Part shown: positions 37,234-51,835 of the stretch, in pieces
How positions within the stretch are numbered: position 1 is the stretch's first letter
How the letters are laid out: each line of letters starts with the position of its first letter
NCBI RefSeq assembly: GCF_963921235.1
Contig: NC_086097.1
Location: 31,126,001 to 31,190,000, forward strand
DNA length: 64,000 bases
Reading direction: 5' to 3'
Origin: Mobula hypostoma
Lineage: Eukaryota
Made by a program: the position numbers and the translations under genes
Notes under the pieces: generated by a model
Databases searched by the model: none
Told to the model about the DNA's origin: nothing
The model's input: only the letters and a program-made list of their open reading frames with translations

Positions 37234-38130
37234 ATAGAAACATAGAAATCTACAGCACATTACAGGCCCTTCAGTCCACAATGTTGTGCTGACCATGTAA
37301 CCTACTCTAGAAACTGCCTAGAATTTCCCTACGGCATAGCCATCCTCTTTTCTAAGCTTCACGTATCTATCTAAGAGTCTCTTAAGAGACCCTATTGTAT
37401 CTGCCTCTAGCATCATTGCTGGCAGTGCATTCCATGCACCCACCACTCTCTGTTTGAAAAACTTACCCCTGACATCTCCTCTGTACCTACTTCCAAGCAC
37501 CTTAAAACTATGACCCCTCGTGTTAGCAATTTCAGCCCTAGGAAAAAAGCCTCTGGATATCTGCACAATCAGTGCCTCTCATCATCTTATACACTTCTAT
37601 CAGGTCACCTCTCATCCTCCGTCGCTCCAAGGATAAAAGGCCAAGTTCACTCAACCTATTCTCATAAGGTATACTCTCCAATCCAGGCAACATCCTTATA
37701 AATCTCCTTTGCACTCTCTCTATAGTATCCACATCCTTCCTGAAGTGAGGTGACCAGAACTAAACACAGTGCTCCAAGTGGGGTCTAACAAAGATCTTAT
37801 ATAGCTGTAACATTACCTCCCAGTTCTTGAACTCAATCCCACGGTTGATGAAGACCAACACACCATACGTTATTTTAATAATACTATCAACCTGCGCAGC
37901 AGCTTTGAATGTCCTATGGACACAGACCCCAAGATCTCGCTGATCCTCCACACTGCCAAGAGTCTTACCATTAATATTATATTCTGTCTTCAGATTTAAC
38001 CTACCGAAATGAACCATTTCATATTTATCTGGGTCGAACTCCATCTGCCACTTCTCAGCTCAGTTCTACATCGTATTGATGCCCCGCTGTAACCTCTGAC
38101 AACCCTCCAGACTATCCACAATGCTCCCAA
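37234..38130 (-). mobile_element. CR1 3' fragment inserted in a SINE head
   Basis: MEFDPDKYEMVHFGR and ERVQRRFIRMLPGL motifs; SINE head GGCACAGTAGCATAGTGG on the left, continuing on the right. Confidence 0.9.
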
Positions 38131-38164
38131 CACAGTATAGCACCAGTAATTGGAAGATCAGGGT

Positions 38165-39372
38165 ACATAGAAACATAGAAAATAGGTGCAGGAGTAGGCC
38201 ATTCGGCCCTTCGAGCCTGCACCGCCATTTATTATGATCATGGCTGATCCTCCAACTCAGAACCCCACCCCAGCCTTCCCTCCATACCCCCTGACCCCCG
38301 TAGCCACAAGGGCCATATCTAACTCCCTCTTAAATATAGCCAATGAACTGGCCTCAACTGTTTCCTGTGGCAGAGAATCCACAGATTCACCACTCTCTGT
38401 GTGAAGAAGTTTTTCCTAATCTCAGTCCTAAAAGGCTTCCCCTCTATCCTCAAACTGTGCCCCCTCGTTCTGGACTTCCCCAACATCGGGAACAATCTTC
38501 CTGCATCTAGCCTGTCCAATCCCTTTAGGATCTTATACGTTTCAATCAGATCCCCCCTCAATTTTCTAAATTCCAACGAGTACAAGCCCAGTTCATCCAG
38601 TCTTCCTTCATATGAAAGTCCTGCCATCCCAGGAATCAATCTGGTGAACCTTCTTTGTACTCCCTCTATGGTAAGGATGTCTTTCCTCAGATTAGGGGAC
38701 CAAAACTGCACACAATACTCCAGGTGTGGTCTCACCAAGGCCTTGTACAACTGCAGTAGTACCTCCCTGCTCCTGTACTCGAATCCTCTCGCTATAAATG
38801 CCAGCATACCGTTCGCCTTTTTCACCGCCTGCTGTACCTGCATGCCCACTTTCAATGACTGGTGTATAATGACACCCAGGTCTTGTTGCACCTCTCCTTT
38901 TCCTAATCGGCCACCATTCAGATAATAATCTGTTTTCCTATTTTTGCCACCAAAGTGGATAACTTCACATTTATCCACATTAAATTGCATCTGCCATGAA
39001 TTTGCCCACTCACCCAACCTATCCAAGTCACCCTGCATCCTCTTAGCATCCTCCTCACAGCTAACACTGCCACCCAGCTTCGTGTCATCTGCAAACTTGG
39101 AGATGCTGCATTTAATTCCCTCATCCAAGTCATTAATATATATTGTAAACAACTGGGGTCCCAGCACTGAGCCTTGCGGTACCCCACTAGTCACCGCCTG
39201 CCATTCTGAAAAGGTCCCGTTTATTCCCACTCTTTGCTTCCTGTCTGCTAACCAATTCTCCACCCACACCAATACCTTACCACCAATACCGTGTGCTTTA
39301 AGTTTGCACACTAATCTCCTGTGTGGGACCTTGTCAAAAGCCTTTTGAAAATCCAAATATACCACATCCACT
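38165..39372 (-). mobile_element. Young 5'-truncated CR1 LINE (RT C-terminal half nearly intact)
   Basis: 350-aa ORF with DVVYLDFQKAFDKVPH, SGVPQGSVLGP and KFADD; a single frameshift near VVNLW; (TTTCTATG)n tail. Confidence 0.95.
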
Positions 39373-41684
39373 GTTTACAATTGTTCACAATTGTTTACAA
39401 TTCTAAGAGTCGCAAACCTAGTCAGCTCCATCATGGCACTAGCCTCAGTAGTATCCAGGACATCTTTAAGGAGCAGTGCAGCAAAAAGGCAGTTTCTATC
39501 ATTAGGACCACCATCACCGAGGACATTGCCTGTCCTCATTGCTATCATCAGAAAGGAGGTACAGGAGCCTGAAGGCACACAGCTTCTTCCCTCTGCCGTC
39601 CGATTTCTGAATGGGCATTGAACCCATCAACACTACCTCACTACTTCTTTTATTTCTATTATGGCACTACTTATTTTATTTAGCTATTTAATATACTGTA
39701 ATTCACAGTTTTTTCCTCTATTATTATTGACAAATGCAAAGATAACAAATCTTACAACATATGCTGCTAATATTAAACCTGATTCTGATTCTAAATTCCT
39801 GCCACTGTCTGTAAGGAGCTTGTATGTTCTCCCCATAACTGGGTGCTCTGGTTGCCTCCCACATTCCAAAGATGTACAGGCCAGCAAGTTTATGAGCATG
39901 CTATGTTGGTACCAGAAGCCTGGTGATATTTGCGGGCTGCCCCCAACAGATCTTCACTTGGACTCTGTTGGTCCTTGATACAAACAATGCATTGCACTGT
40001 ATGTTTTGATGTAAAACTAATCTTAGACCTTCCAGCTTATACTTCTTCCCTTCCCCCGACCTTCTTATCTGGCTTCATCCCCCGTCCTTTCCAGTCCTAA
40101 TCAAGGGCCTCAGTCTGAAACATCGACTCGTTATTCCTTTCCATAGAGATTGCCTGACCTGCTGAGATCCTCCAGCATTGTGCGTGTGCGTGTTACCCTG
40201 GATTTCCAGCATCTGCAGAATCTTGTGTGTGGATGTCTTTAAATCTTTAATCTTTAGAATGGAATAATGTCTATTTTAACTGGGAATGGAATAGGAGCAT
40301 GCATTGCGTTGGGTACCTAGTCCAGAATATATACTTGCCCTTACAGAAATGAAGGAATGATCAGAAGAGGGGCTAAATGATGAAACTGCTGGCAGCTTCT
40401 ATATTATTGATTAGGGATGAACTTTACTTGCTAATGAAGAGTTACTTCTCACATTGAAGATAAAGGATGGATCTCGTGCACCAGGTCTCACACCACTGCT
40501 AAGCTAACATGTGAGGGATCGCAGAGCACTGCACACTTCTCAGATTTGTTCACTTTGTTTGACCACTTTTCCTCGGCTCTCAAATGCATGCTAAACAAAG
40601 CAAAGGTGACACACATATTTCCTGGCTCCACTGCTGGCAGCAGGCAGATTCGAGGTAATCACTGTCAAGCAATGGCATCCATCCAGCAGTACTGTTTGCA
40701 TGTGCAACTTTTGAACAGCAGCCATAATAATAATCTAAAAATAAGCAGTGTCACAAGCGTGCAGAACCTCTAACCACCCCTACAGCGTGTTCCACTCACA
40801 GTGAGGGACCGAGGATGGACAGACAGCTGTTGTGTCAGCCATGGCTTACTGGCCAGCATTCTCACTTCTTGAGGTGAAAGACTATAGGTTCAAGACACTA
40901 CAGGGACTTTAACACCATAAAAATTTAGCCTGACATTCCCAGTGCAGTACTGTCTGTGGTACTATCTTTGCCTGAGGCCCCATGTGTTCTTCAAATTATA
41001 GGAAAAGATGGCAAGGAACCACTTCAGAGAGAAAGCAGGCATATTACTGCATGCCAATATCCAGCCCCCATCAATAGCAACTGAACAAATTAAACAGTCC
41101 ATTAGCCACACGGACTTTTGTCTGCCAGGTATTTGACAATACAACAGTGATTTCATTACTCAAAAGCACTGTCAGACATCCTGAGGTAGAGAGGGAGCTT
41201 TAATTAAATACTAACTTTATTCGTCATATGTACATTGAAGCATTGAAACCTAGAGTAAAGCACATCATTTGCATCAAATCAAATCATCAAGGATGTTCTG
41301 GACAGTCCGCAAGTGATGCCACATTTCCAGTACCAACATAACATGCCCACGACTCACTAACCCTAACTGTACATCTTTGGAATGTGGGAGGAAACCGATG
41401 AACCTGGGGGAAACCCACATGATCACAGGGTGAACACACAAACTCCTTAGAGACAGCAGCGGGAATTGAACCTTGATTGATGATTGCTGGCTGGTGCTGT
41501 AAAGCAATATGGTAACTGCTACACAATTGTCCAACCTTGTATATCAGTGCAGCTACGTGACCATGATTGATACAATGGTGTTTGGGTCCACTCTCCTTCC
41601 TCTTTTGCTTGTCCATTATCAATTGTATCACTAACATTTCCTGTTCTCACCCTGAAATGGAAAATTCCCTCAAGTCTGCTGCCT

Positions 41685-42090
41685 CACTATGTACCTCGTT
41701 ATGATCTTGCACTGTCATTTATCTGTTCTGCACCTTTTCAGTAGCTTTTACTGCATTGTTCTGCATTGTTATCGTTTTATCTTATTGTAGCTCAATGCAC
41801 TGGGTAATGATCTGTATGAACAATATGCAAAACAGGTTTTACACTGTATTTTGGTACCTGTGACAATATTAAACTAATACCAATTAAGAATCAGTCACAT
41901 TGCACCTTACTGTCTACCTGGTCTGCACTTTCTCTAATTGTTATACGTTATTCTACATTCTGTTGTTCTTTTCCCTTGTTCTGCCTCAGTGCACTGTGTA
42001 ATGATTTGATCCGTATGAACGGTATGCAAGACAAGCTTTTTGCTGTATCTTGATACATGTGACAATAATAAACCAATACCAATGCCAATT
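41685..42090 (+). mobile_element. Two tandem copies of a LINE/SINE 3' tail of about 200 bp
   Basis: Both end TATGCAAGACAAGCTTTT..CATGTGACAATAATAAACCAATACC-like; further copies at about 23200-23400, 33820-34030, 34290-34460 and 34930-35090. Confidence 0.7.
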
Positions 42091-43404
42091 TATTCTTCTC
42101 CCTCATCTATCTTTGCCTCATCCTTGCCTCATTTTCTCTGTCCAGTCAGACCTTTGACAGATAATTCAGAACCTCTCTGTAGATCATGCAATCACCGTAA
42201 AGAAAAATAAAATCAATGCTTCAGTCAATATCGTTTCATCAGAATTGCCCTGATGTATTCAATGGCCTGAAAGAGTATCTCTGATCTTCCCTCTCTGCCT
42301 GCCGAGTGTCTTCATCTTTTGGTGTCTACTTGAGATTTGTGGCAGGTGCTAGAAAAGTAAATCAAACAGATTCCTGTATGTTCCACCAGCCTGCTTCCTG
42401 TCAGGAATATACTTCACACTCTGCTTCTCTGTTATACAACACAGAACAGTATGGCACAGGAACTGGCCATTCAACCCATCATGTCTGTACTGAACACGAT
42501 GCCAATCTAAACCAATTCCATCTGCCTGCATATGATCCCTATTCCTCCATCCCAGCCTATTCATGTGCTTGTCTAAATGCCTCTTAAACATTGTGATCAC
42601 GTCTGCTTCCAGTACAGTGTATTCCACCTACCTATCACTTTCTGTGTAAATAATAACTTGCCATGTAAATCTCCTTTAAACTCTCACCCTCCTCACCTTA
42701 AATATATGACCTCTAATATTTCACATTTCTGCCCTGGAAAAAAGACTCTATCTACTCTATTTATGCCTCTTATAACTTCTGTCAAATTGCCTCTCTGCCT
42801 GTGACGCTCCAGAGAAAACAATCCAAGTTTGTCCAGATGTTCCTTGTGGTAATTCTCTCTAATCCAGGCATTATCCTGGTGAACCTCAATGCTAAAGTCA
42901 AATTTATTATCAAAATACATGTATGTTATCATATACTACCTTCAGATTCATTTTCATGCAGGCATTTACAGGAAAAATACGAAATACAATAGAATTTATG
43001 AAAAATTGTACATACACAAAGAATGCCAAACAACCAAATTGCAAAAGACAAACTTAGCAAATTAAAAAAAAAAGAAAATGAGGTTTTCACCCTCTCCACA
43101 GCCTCCACATCTTTCCTTTAAAGGGGTGATCATAACTGCATACTCCGAATATGGCCCAATCAACGATGTATACAGCTGCAATATGACTGATGAAGGAACG
43201 GGGGTCATACGCCATCAGTGCTACTCTATGTACTTGCAATTCTCACAGTGCGCTGCCAGAGGAGACGGTGGAATTAGGTACAATCACTGTGTTTGAGAGG
43301 CCTTTGGACAGGTACTTAAGTAAGCGAGACACAGAGGGATACGGAGCTAATGCTCCACATTCTTGAAACTCATTTGGGGATGGTTCAAGAGCTGTGATGT
43401 ACTT

Positions 43405-44420
43405 TTCAAAAGTTCAAAGTAAATTTATTATGCAAGTACATATATGTCACCATATACTACCCTGAGATTACTGTCTTGTGGGCTTTCACAGTAAATAGAT
43501 AGAAACACAATAGAATCAATGAGAAACCTCACACGACAGAGACAGACATACAATCAATATGCAAAAGACACAAAACTGTGCAAATACAAAAGACGTAATA
43601 ATAATAATATTAAATAATCAGTAAATATTGAGAACACGAGCGTAGAATACTTAAAGTGAATCCATAAGTTGTGGAATCAGTTCAGTGTTGGGGAGAGTGA
43701 AGTTATCCCCTCTGGTTCAGGAGTATTAACTGTTCCTGAACCTGCTGGTGTGAGATTCCTTCCTGTTGGCAGCAGTGAGCAATGAGCATGGACTGGATAC
43801 TGGATAGTGGGGTGGGGGGGGGGGTGCGAATCATTGATAAATAGATCCTGCTTTCTTGCAACAGTGCTCCTTGCAAATGTGCTCAATGGTGCAGCTCTAT
43901 AAAACTCTGGGTAGACCATGCTTGGAGCATTCTATTCTGTTCTGGTTACCTCATTATAGGAAAGGTGTGAAAGCTTTAGAGCGCAGAGGAGATTTACCAG
44001 GATGCTGCCCGGATTTGAGAACATATCTTATAAGGATAAGTCAAGTGAACTCAGGCTTCCTCTTCAAACCGAAGGAGGATGAGAGGTGACTTGACAGAGG
44101 CTTACAAGATGATAATAGGAACTGATAGAATGGATAACCAGAGATGATTTCCTAGGGTGTAACTGGATAACACCAGGGGGGAAAATTTTAAGAGGAATGG
44201 AGGAAAGTTTAGGGGGAATGTTAGAGTGGTGGGTGCATGGAGCACACTGCCAGAGGTGGTGGTGCAGGCATATATATTAGGAACATTTAAGAAACTCCTA
44301 GGCTCACGGATGAAAGAAAATTGGAGTATATGTGGAAGGGAATGGCTAGATTGATCTTAGAGTAGGTTAAAAAGTCAGTAAGGCATTGTGGCCTATAGGG
44401 CCTGTACAGTTCTGTGTTCT
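43405..44420. mobile_element. Rex-like tail (minus, 43405-43890) joined to a CR1 3' fragment (plus, 43891-44420)
   Basis: Tail AAAGTTCAAAGTAAATTTATTAT; CR1 QLYKTLGRPCLEHSILFW. Confidence 0.75.
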
Positions 44421-45802
44421 AATGCACACAAGTGGGATTAGTGTAGATGAGCATGTATATGGCGGACCAAAGGGCTGGCTTCTGGCTCATACCTCTAATT
44501 TGGACCTCAGTCCAAGGGAGGCTGCTGTGGGAGAGGATACACAGTTTGCTCACTTATCCAAGTAGGTCTGGAGTATTTTTGCAGAGACGACAATGTTGGC
44601 ATTCTCTAATATTTAATTGCAACTCAGACTAAGCTCATTAAACTGAAGAAAAAAGCATAAATTCTCAAAAAAGTATTATAGTCTTTATGATTCAGCAAGG
44701 AGCTCAAAATTTTCAAATAATAATTCAACTGTTACCATCTATGTCTCTTTGTCCTTTACCATCACCCTTTACGTCAATTAATCTCTTATGCATTTTACCT
44801 CAGGCTTGCAGTCCTTCTGCCCCCTGAACACGAGCTGGGTCCTGTCTACCTGCTTCTCAAATAACTGATGGGTGAATTGTTCAAAAGGTCACAAGAGCCC
44901 CACTTTCACACTGAAGGCCCTTTCTCCAATCTCCAACGCTCTCCTTCCTCGTGGTCACCCCTTCAGACCCTTAACCCTCTCTCAACCTTTTCATTTCCAG
45001 CTGCTGATACCACATCAGGTCCTGCCTTCTCCATGCTTCTCACCCCTTCTGAAAGGACTGCTCCCCACTATGTCTGGTACCTCCAGAGATGATAGAGGGG
45101 TTATGAATATATTCCCCATGACCTCGTGGATTTCCTCTGGGTGCTCCAGTTTCCTCCCACATTCTAGACATACAGGTTAGGGTTATAGAGTTGTGGGCAT
45201 GCTACGTTGGTGCTGGAAGCATGGCGACTCTCAGCATCCTCAGACTGTGTCAGTTGTTGATGCAAACTACGCATTGTACTGCATATTTTGATATATATGT
45301 GACAAATAAAGCTAACTTTTAATCTGTAATTAAAGACAGAAATGACCTGATCGTATTGTATTTCCTGTATATATTTTTTATGAATAGAGTTTAATTTTAA
45401 AAATAAAAAATCCTCTCAATTACTATCAGTAGTGAATTCCATATTTTCAACATGTACTGGGAGAAGACTTTTTTCTGAATTCCCCATGGGACCTATGAGA
45501 AATTATTTTATATTTATGATCCCTGGCCTTGCTTTAACAAATAAGAGGAAACAACCTCTTCACACTTACCCTGTCAAATCCTCTTTATAATTCACACTAA
45601 ACTTACAAAGGCACACATCAGCCTTTACAAATCAAAGCCATTTTAGTTTTCCCTGATGCGGTAAATTCAGATTTTTGGAATAAGATAGATGAATGAATAG
45701 AACAAAAATAGAACAAACATTGGTAAGATCTCATCATGGCCACGAAGTGACCAAGACAGAAAAATTCTGATGTCCCTGACATTTCAGAAGGGTGGACAGA
45801 AA

Positions 45803-46475
45803 AAACCATAAGACCATAAAACATAGCAGCAGAAGTACTCCATTTGGCCTAATCAAGTCTGTTCTGCCATTCCCATAACTAATTTATTTTTCCTCTCAAC
45901 CCTATTCTCCTGCCTTTCCTGATAACCTTTCACCCCCTTACTAATCAAGTTCTTACCAACCTTCAAACATACCCAATGACTTGGCCTCCACAGCCGTCTG
46001 TGGCCGTGAATTCCACAGACTCACATCCATATCATTAAAGAAATTCCTCCTCATCTCTGTTCTAAACGGTTTCCTTCTATGCTGAAGCTGTGCCCTCTGG
46101 TCCTAGACTCTCCCACTATTGGAAACCTCTTCTGCATATCTACTCTATCGAGGCCTTTCAATATTCAGTAGGTTTAAAATCAGATACTCCCTTCAGCACA
46201 GGCCCTATGGCCCACGATGTTCTTTTAAGTTCCAGCAAGCGCAGTTCTAGAGCCATCAAGCACTCCTCATATCCTAACCATTAATTCTCCGGATTATACT
46301 TGTAAAACCCTCCTCTCAACCTTTTCTATTGTCAGCACATCCTTTCTTCAATAGGGGTCCCAAAACTGCTCAACAATACTCCAAATGTGGTCTGATTAGT
46401 GCCTTATACAGCCTCAGCATTATATCCTTGCTTTTATATTCTAGTCCACTCGAAATGATTGCTAATGTCGCATTT
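45803..46475 (-). mobile_element. CR1 3' fragment
   Basis: Tail (ACCATAAG)n and antisense CR1 RT C-terminus. Confidence 0.8.
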
Positions 46476-47529
46476 GGGAAAGGAGCTGGAGTAGTCTTTC
46501 TTTACAGCACTGAGAAATCATCTGAGCACAGAAGATCAAGATGTAGCATTGACACACAAGAGACTGCAAATACCAGAATCTGAAGCAACAAAATGCTCAT
46601 TGGATCATGCAGCATCTCTGTGGGGGGAAATGGAGAATTTACATTTTAGGTTGATTGAAATGAGAAACAGAAAGGCCACCTGCGAGGAACTATACTGCAG
46701 CACAGCATACAAAATGAACAAATAATAGAAACACATTTCAATAATCATGGGTAACAGTTTGTATAAACTGGACAAGTCAAGTTGGCAAAGGTAGTCTTGA
46801 GGATGCGCTTACAGAGTATTCAGGACTCTTGATAAGGTGTACAAGATGATAAGAGGCATAAATCGAAAAGAGGCATAAATCAGAGAATTTTACCCAGGGT
46901 GTAAATGGCTAACACAAGAGAGCATAATTTTAAAGTGATTGATACAGTATAATTTTAAAGTATAGAATGGAAATCTGAATTAATTTTTTTTTACACAGAG
47001 AGTGGTGGGTGTGTGAAACGCGCTGCCAGGGTTAGTGATAGAGGCAGATACATTAGGGACGTTTAAGAAACCATAAGACATATGAGCAGAATTAGGCCAT
47101 TCGGCCCATAATGCCTGATCTGACATTCCATCATGACTAATTTATTTTCCCTTTCAACCTCAGTTTTCTGCCTTCTCTCTGTAGCTTTTGACACCTTAAC
47201 TAATCAAGAACCTATCAACCACCACTTTAAATATACCCAATGACTTGGCCTCCACAGCCATCTGTGGCAATGAAATCACCACCCTCTGGCAAAAGAAATT
47301 CCTCCTCATAGAAACTCTTAGGCACACAGATGATAGAAAAATAGAAGGCTATGTGTGAGGAAAGGGTTTGATTGATCTTACAGTAGGTTAAAGGGCAGCA
47401 CAACATCATGGGCCAAAGGGCACATACTGTCTGCAATGTTCTCTGTTCAATGTTTCTGTTGTGGAAAAGACCAGGGGACAGGGTATCTTTGAAGCTGTCA
47501 TTTGCAATGAGATTAATCAGGATCATTGG

Positions 47530-49850
47530 GAAGAGAATGATTAGAATGCTATAATTAGATTACAGCTGGGAGCTTGATGAAAGGATAGGTAGGAAGGCAA
47601 AGAGGATGGTGTTGCTCTGTTGGCAAAAACTGAAATCAAATTATTAGAAAGAGATGACATAGGGTCAGAAGGTATTCATTGTGTATAGAGCTAAGAAACT
47701 GCAAGAGTAAGAAGACCCTGATGAGAGTTATATCCAGACCCCCAAACAGTAGTAAGGATGTGGCCTCCAAATTATAATGAGAGATAGAAAATGTATGCCA
47801 AGATGGCAATGTTACCATAGACATGGGGGACTTCAATATGCAGGTAGATTGGGAAAATCAGGTTGGTGCTGGATTCAAGAAGGGGAAATATCTAGAGTGC
47901 CCATGAGATGACTTTTTAGAGCAGTTCGTGGTTGAGCCCATCAGAGGATCAGCTATTGCAGACTGGGTGTTGTGCAATGAACCAGAATTGATTACAGAGC
48001 TTAAGGTAAAAGAACCCTTAGGGAACTTGATCATATCATCAAATTCACTGCGAACCTTGATAAGGAGAAACAAAAGTCAGATCTATCAGTATTACAGTGG
48101 AGTATAGGGAATTACAGAGGCATAAAAGAAGAGCTGCCAGAATTGACTGGAAAAGAACACTGGCAGGGATAATAGCAGAGCAACAATGGCCAGCTCCAAC
48201 ACCAGCAATTTCTGGAAGCAATTTGGAGGGTACAGGATATATACATCAAAAAGAGGAAGAAATATTTTAAAGGAAAGATGACACAATCATGACTAACAAG
48301 AGAATTCGAAGTCAACATAAAAGCCAAAGAGAGGGCATATAATAGAGCAACAATTAGTGGGAAGTTAGAGGATTGGGAAGCTTTCAAATTACCAACAGAA
48401 GGCAACTAAAAAAGTCACTAAGAAGGTAAAAATGGAATATGAAAGTAAGCTGGCCAATAATATTAAAGAGGATAGCAAACATTTCTTCAGATGCATGAAG
48501 TGTAAAAGAGACGCAAGAGTGAACATCGGACTGCTGGAAAATGATGCTAGAGAGCAATCCTACCGAAGGGTCTCGGCCCAAAAAGCCACTGTACTTTTTT
48601 CCTAGATGCTGCCTGGCCTGCTGAGTTCTTCCAGCATTTTGTGTGTGTTGCTTGGATTTCCAGCATCTGCAGATTCTCTCTTGTTTCTGGAGAGGTAGTA
48701 ATGAAGGATGATGAAATGGCGGAAGAACTGAGTAAGTATTTTACATGAGTCTTCACTGTGGAAGACACTAGCAGTGTGGTGGAATTTTCAGGTGTCAGGG
48801 GGCATGAACAGTGTGAAGTTACCATAACTGAACAGAAGGTTCTTGGGAAATAGAAAGGTGCGAAGGTAGATAAGTCAACATGACCAGATGGTGTGCACCC
48901 CAAGGTTCTGAAAGAGATGGCGGAAGAGATCGTGGAGGCATTAGTAATGATCTTTCAAGAATCACTAGATTCTGGAATGGTTTCAGAAGACTGTAAAATT
49001 GCAGATGTCACTCCACTCTTCAAGAAGTGAGAGAGACAGAAGAAACAAAACTATAGGCCAGTTAGTCTGTCCTCAGAGGGTGGGAAGATGTTGGACTCGA
49101 TTATTAAGGATGAGGTCTCAGGATACTTGGAGGAACATGATAAAATAAATCGTAGTCAACATGACTTCCTCAAGGGAAAATCTCACCTGACAAATCTGTT
49201 GGAATTCTTTGAAGAAATAACAAGCAGGATAGACAAAGTAAAATTGGTTGATGTTGTGTACTTGGATTTTCAGAAGGCCTTTGACAAGTTGTCACACCTT
49301 AGGCTGCTTAACAAGCTACGAGCCCATGGTATTACAGGAAAGATTCTAGCATGGATCAAACGGTTGCTGATTGGCAGGAGGCAAACAGTGGAAATAAAAG
49401 CCATTCCAGGATTGAATGGCTTGCCATATGAAGCATGTTTGGTCGCCCTGGGCCAGTATTCACTAGAATTCAGAAGAATAAGGGATTAAAAACCCATTGA
49501 ATGGCAAAAGGCCTTGACAGAGTGGATGTGGAGAGGATGTTTCCTATAATGGGAGTGTCTAGGACCAAAGGACACAGCCTCAGAATAGAGAGGCGTCCTT
49601 TTAGAATGGAGGTGAGGAGGAATTTCTTTAGACAGAGAGTGGTGAATCTGTGGAATTCTTTGCCACAAGCACCTGTGGAGGCCAATTCTTCATGTATATT
49701 TAAGGCAGAGGTTGATGGATTCTTGATTGTTCAGGGCATGAAGGAATATGGGGAGCAGGCAGGAGATAAATATTGGATCAGCCATGATGAAGTGGCGGAG
49801 TAAACTTGATGGGCCAAATGGCTTAATTCTGCTAAAATATCTTATAGTCT
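47530..49850 (+). mobile_element. CR1 LINE from endonuclease to 3' UTR, with internal RT deletion (about 49400) and a Penelope-derived insert (about 48553-48686)
   Basis: RPPNS and MGDFN endonuclease motifs; DVVYLDFQKAFDK; jump from RRQTVEIK directly to IPGLNGLPYE. Confidence 0.9.
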
Positions 49851-51835
49851 AATTCCACGTTCAGTTTGAGAATTGGTCTGAAACCAGTGACTTAGACAAA
49901 TACGTTATTGAAGCTTTGGAGACAGGGTTGGCTAAAGAGGACAGGGAAACATATATTTAAAGATAAGATAGAAGTTAAGTAGTGGCAGTTTGCAACATTT
50001 AAGAGAAATTTGGATAAGTACATGGATGAGAGGGGTATGGAGGGATATGGTCCAGTTATGGGTCAATGGGATTAGGCAAAATAACAGGTTGGCACAGATG
50101 AGATGTGCCAAAGAGCCTGATTCTGTACTGTATTGCTCTATGACTTTATGAGAAAATATTTCACATTTCTCAACAAAAAATATTTCCCATGGAGAAGTAA
50201 AGAGAACCCCTCCATGGCAAGCTAAAATATTGACAAGGATGGTATTAAACTGAAAGAAAAAGCATAAAGCATTGCAATGATTAGTGGTTGACCAGAAGAT
50301 TGATAAATGCTTGCAGCCAATAAAGAATAATTAAAGAAGATGTCAGAGGGAGAAAATAGATTATCTGAACACATTAGCAAGAAACATCAAAAACTGACAG
50401 TCAGAGATTTAACAAGGATATAACATGAGATCACTTAAAGTAAATGTTTGTCCCTTAGAGGAAGAGATGGGGGATTAATAAAGGGAAATAGGAAATTGCA
50501 CAGCCTTTGAACAAATATTTAGTATTCATCATAGAAGATACAAAAAGCCTGACTATACTGTATGACTCGGTTAAAAAGAGAAATATTTAAATGGAATCTG
50601 AGGGGGATCTTCTTCATTCAGTGGGTGGTGTAAGGGTGAAACAAGCTGCCAATGGAAGTGGTGAATGCAGGTTCAAATGCAACATTTAAGAAAAGTTTGG
50701 ATAAGCACATGAATAGGAGGGTATTGAGGGCAATGGTCGAGGTGCGGGTCATTGGGACTAGGAAGAATTACGGTTCAGCACAGAATAGATGTCTGTGCCG
50801 TCACACTCTATGACTCTATATCAGAAAATCAATGAGCAAAAATAATTAGCATCACTGAAGAAGAAACGTAAAGCACTAAGACTGAATGTTTGGCAACCAA
50901 TTTCAACACCAAAAACTAAAGACCAACATGCTAGAATCTGAAGAAGTAGTGGCTGCCGAGAGATTGAATGAATTGCTTGAGATCTTCCAAAATTTCCTCA
51001 GTTCTGAAAAGACTGCATTCATCTGAATCTGGAAATTGGATGCAAAACTGTCTCAGTAGGAAGAGGCAGTGGTAGCAGAGGAAGGTTCTTTTTTAATCAG
51101 ATTTCAGTGATGTTCTGCATGGATTAATGCTGGGTTGCCTTTTGACATATGTTTTAATGATATGGATGAGAATATTGTTCATGATATGAATGAGATATGG
51201 ATAAGATTTAATGAGATGGTGGCATGATTACTAAGTTTGCAGATGACACCAAATTAGTGTGTGGTGACAGAGGTTAAGGTCGTCAAAGATTAAAGCAGGA
51301 TCCAGATCAACTAGAAAGATAAGATTAGGTTTATTTGTCACATGTACATTGAAATACTGAAACATGCAGCGAAATGTACTATTTGTGTCAGTGACCAACA
51401 TAGTCTGAGGATATGTTAATAGGAGCCCACAATTGTCCCCAACGTAAAATGCCCACGACTTATTAACCCTAAACCTAAATCATGTATCATTTGAACATGT
51501 GCGGAAACCAGAGCGCCACAGTAGCTGAGGGACCAATTTCTCATCGACAACCCATGGAAATCATTTCTGCACCTTTTTCGCTGCCTTCCCATCCTTGGTT
51601 CACAGTGCTTCCAATCTGATAGATAGGTTAGTATAAGTTTAATGTTCCAAGTTAACTTGAGATTCATTTTCTTGCAGGCAATTACAGGAAAAAGTAAAGA
51701 AATAAATAAATAGAGTTTACAAAAAAATATATACACAAATAAAGATGATCAACAACCAATGTGCAAAAGAAGACAAACTTCAAAATGTTGAGAACATGAG
51801 TTGAGGGCAGTCCTTGAAAGTGAGTCTGTAGGTTA

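Noticed and set aside
38319..39371. Host or domesticated reverse transcriptase gene
   Set aside because: 5'-truncated CR1 with typical 3' UTR and tail and a terminal frameshift.
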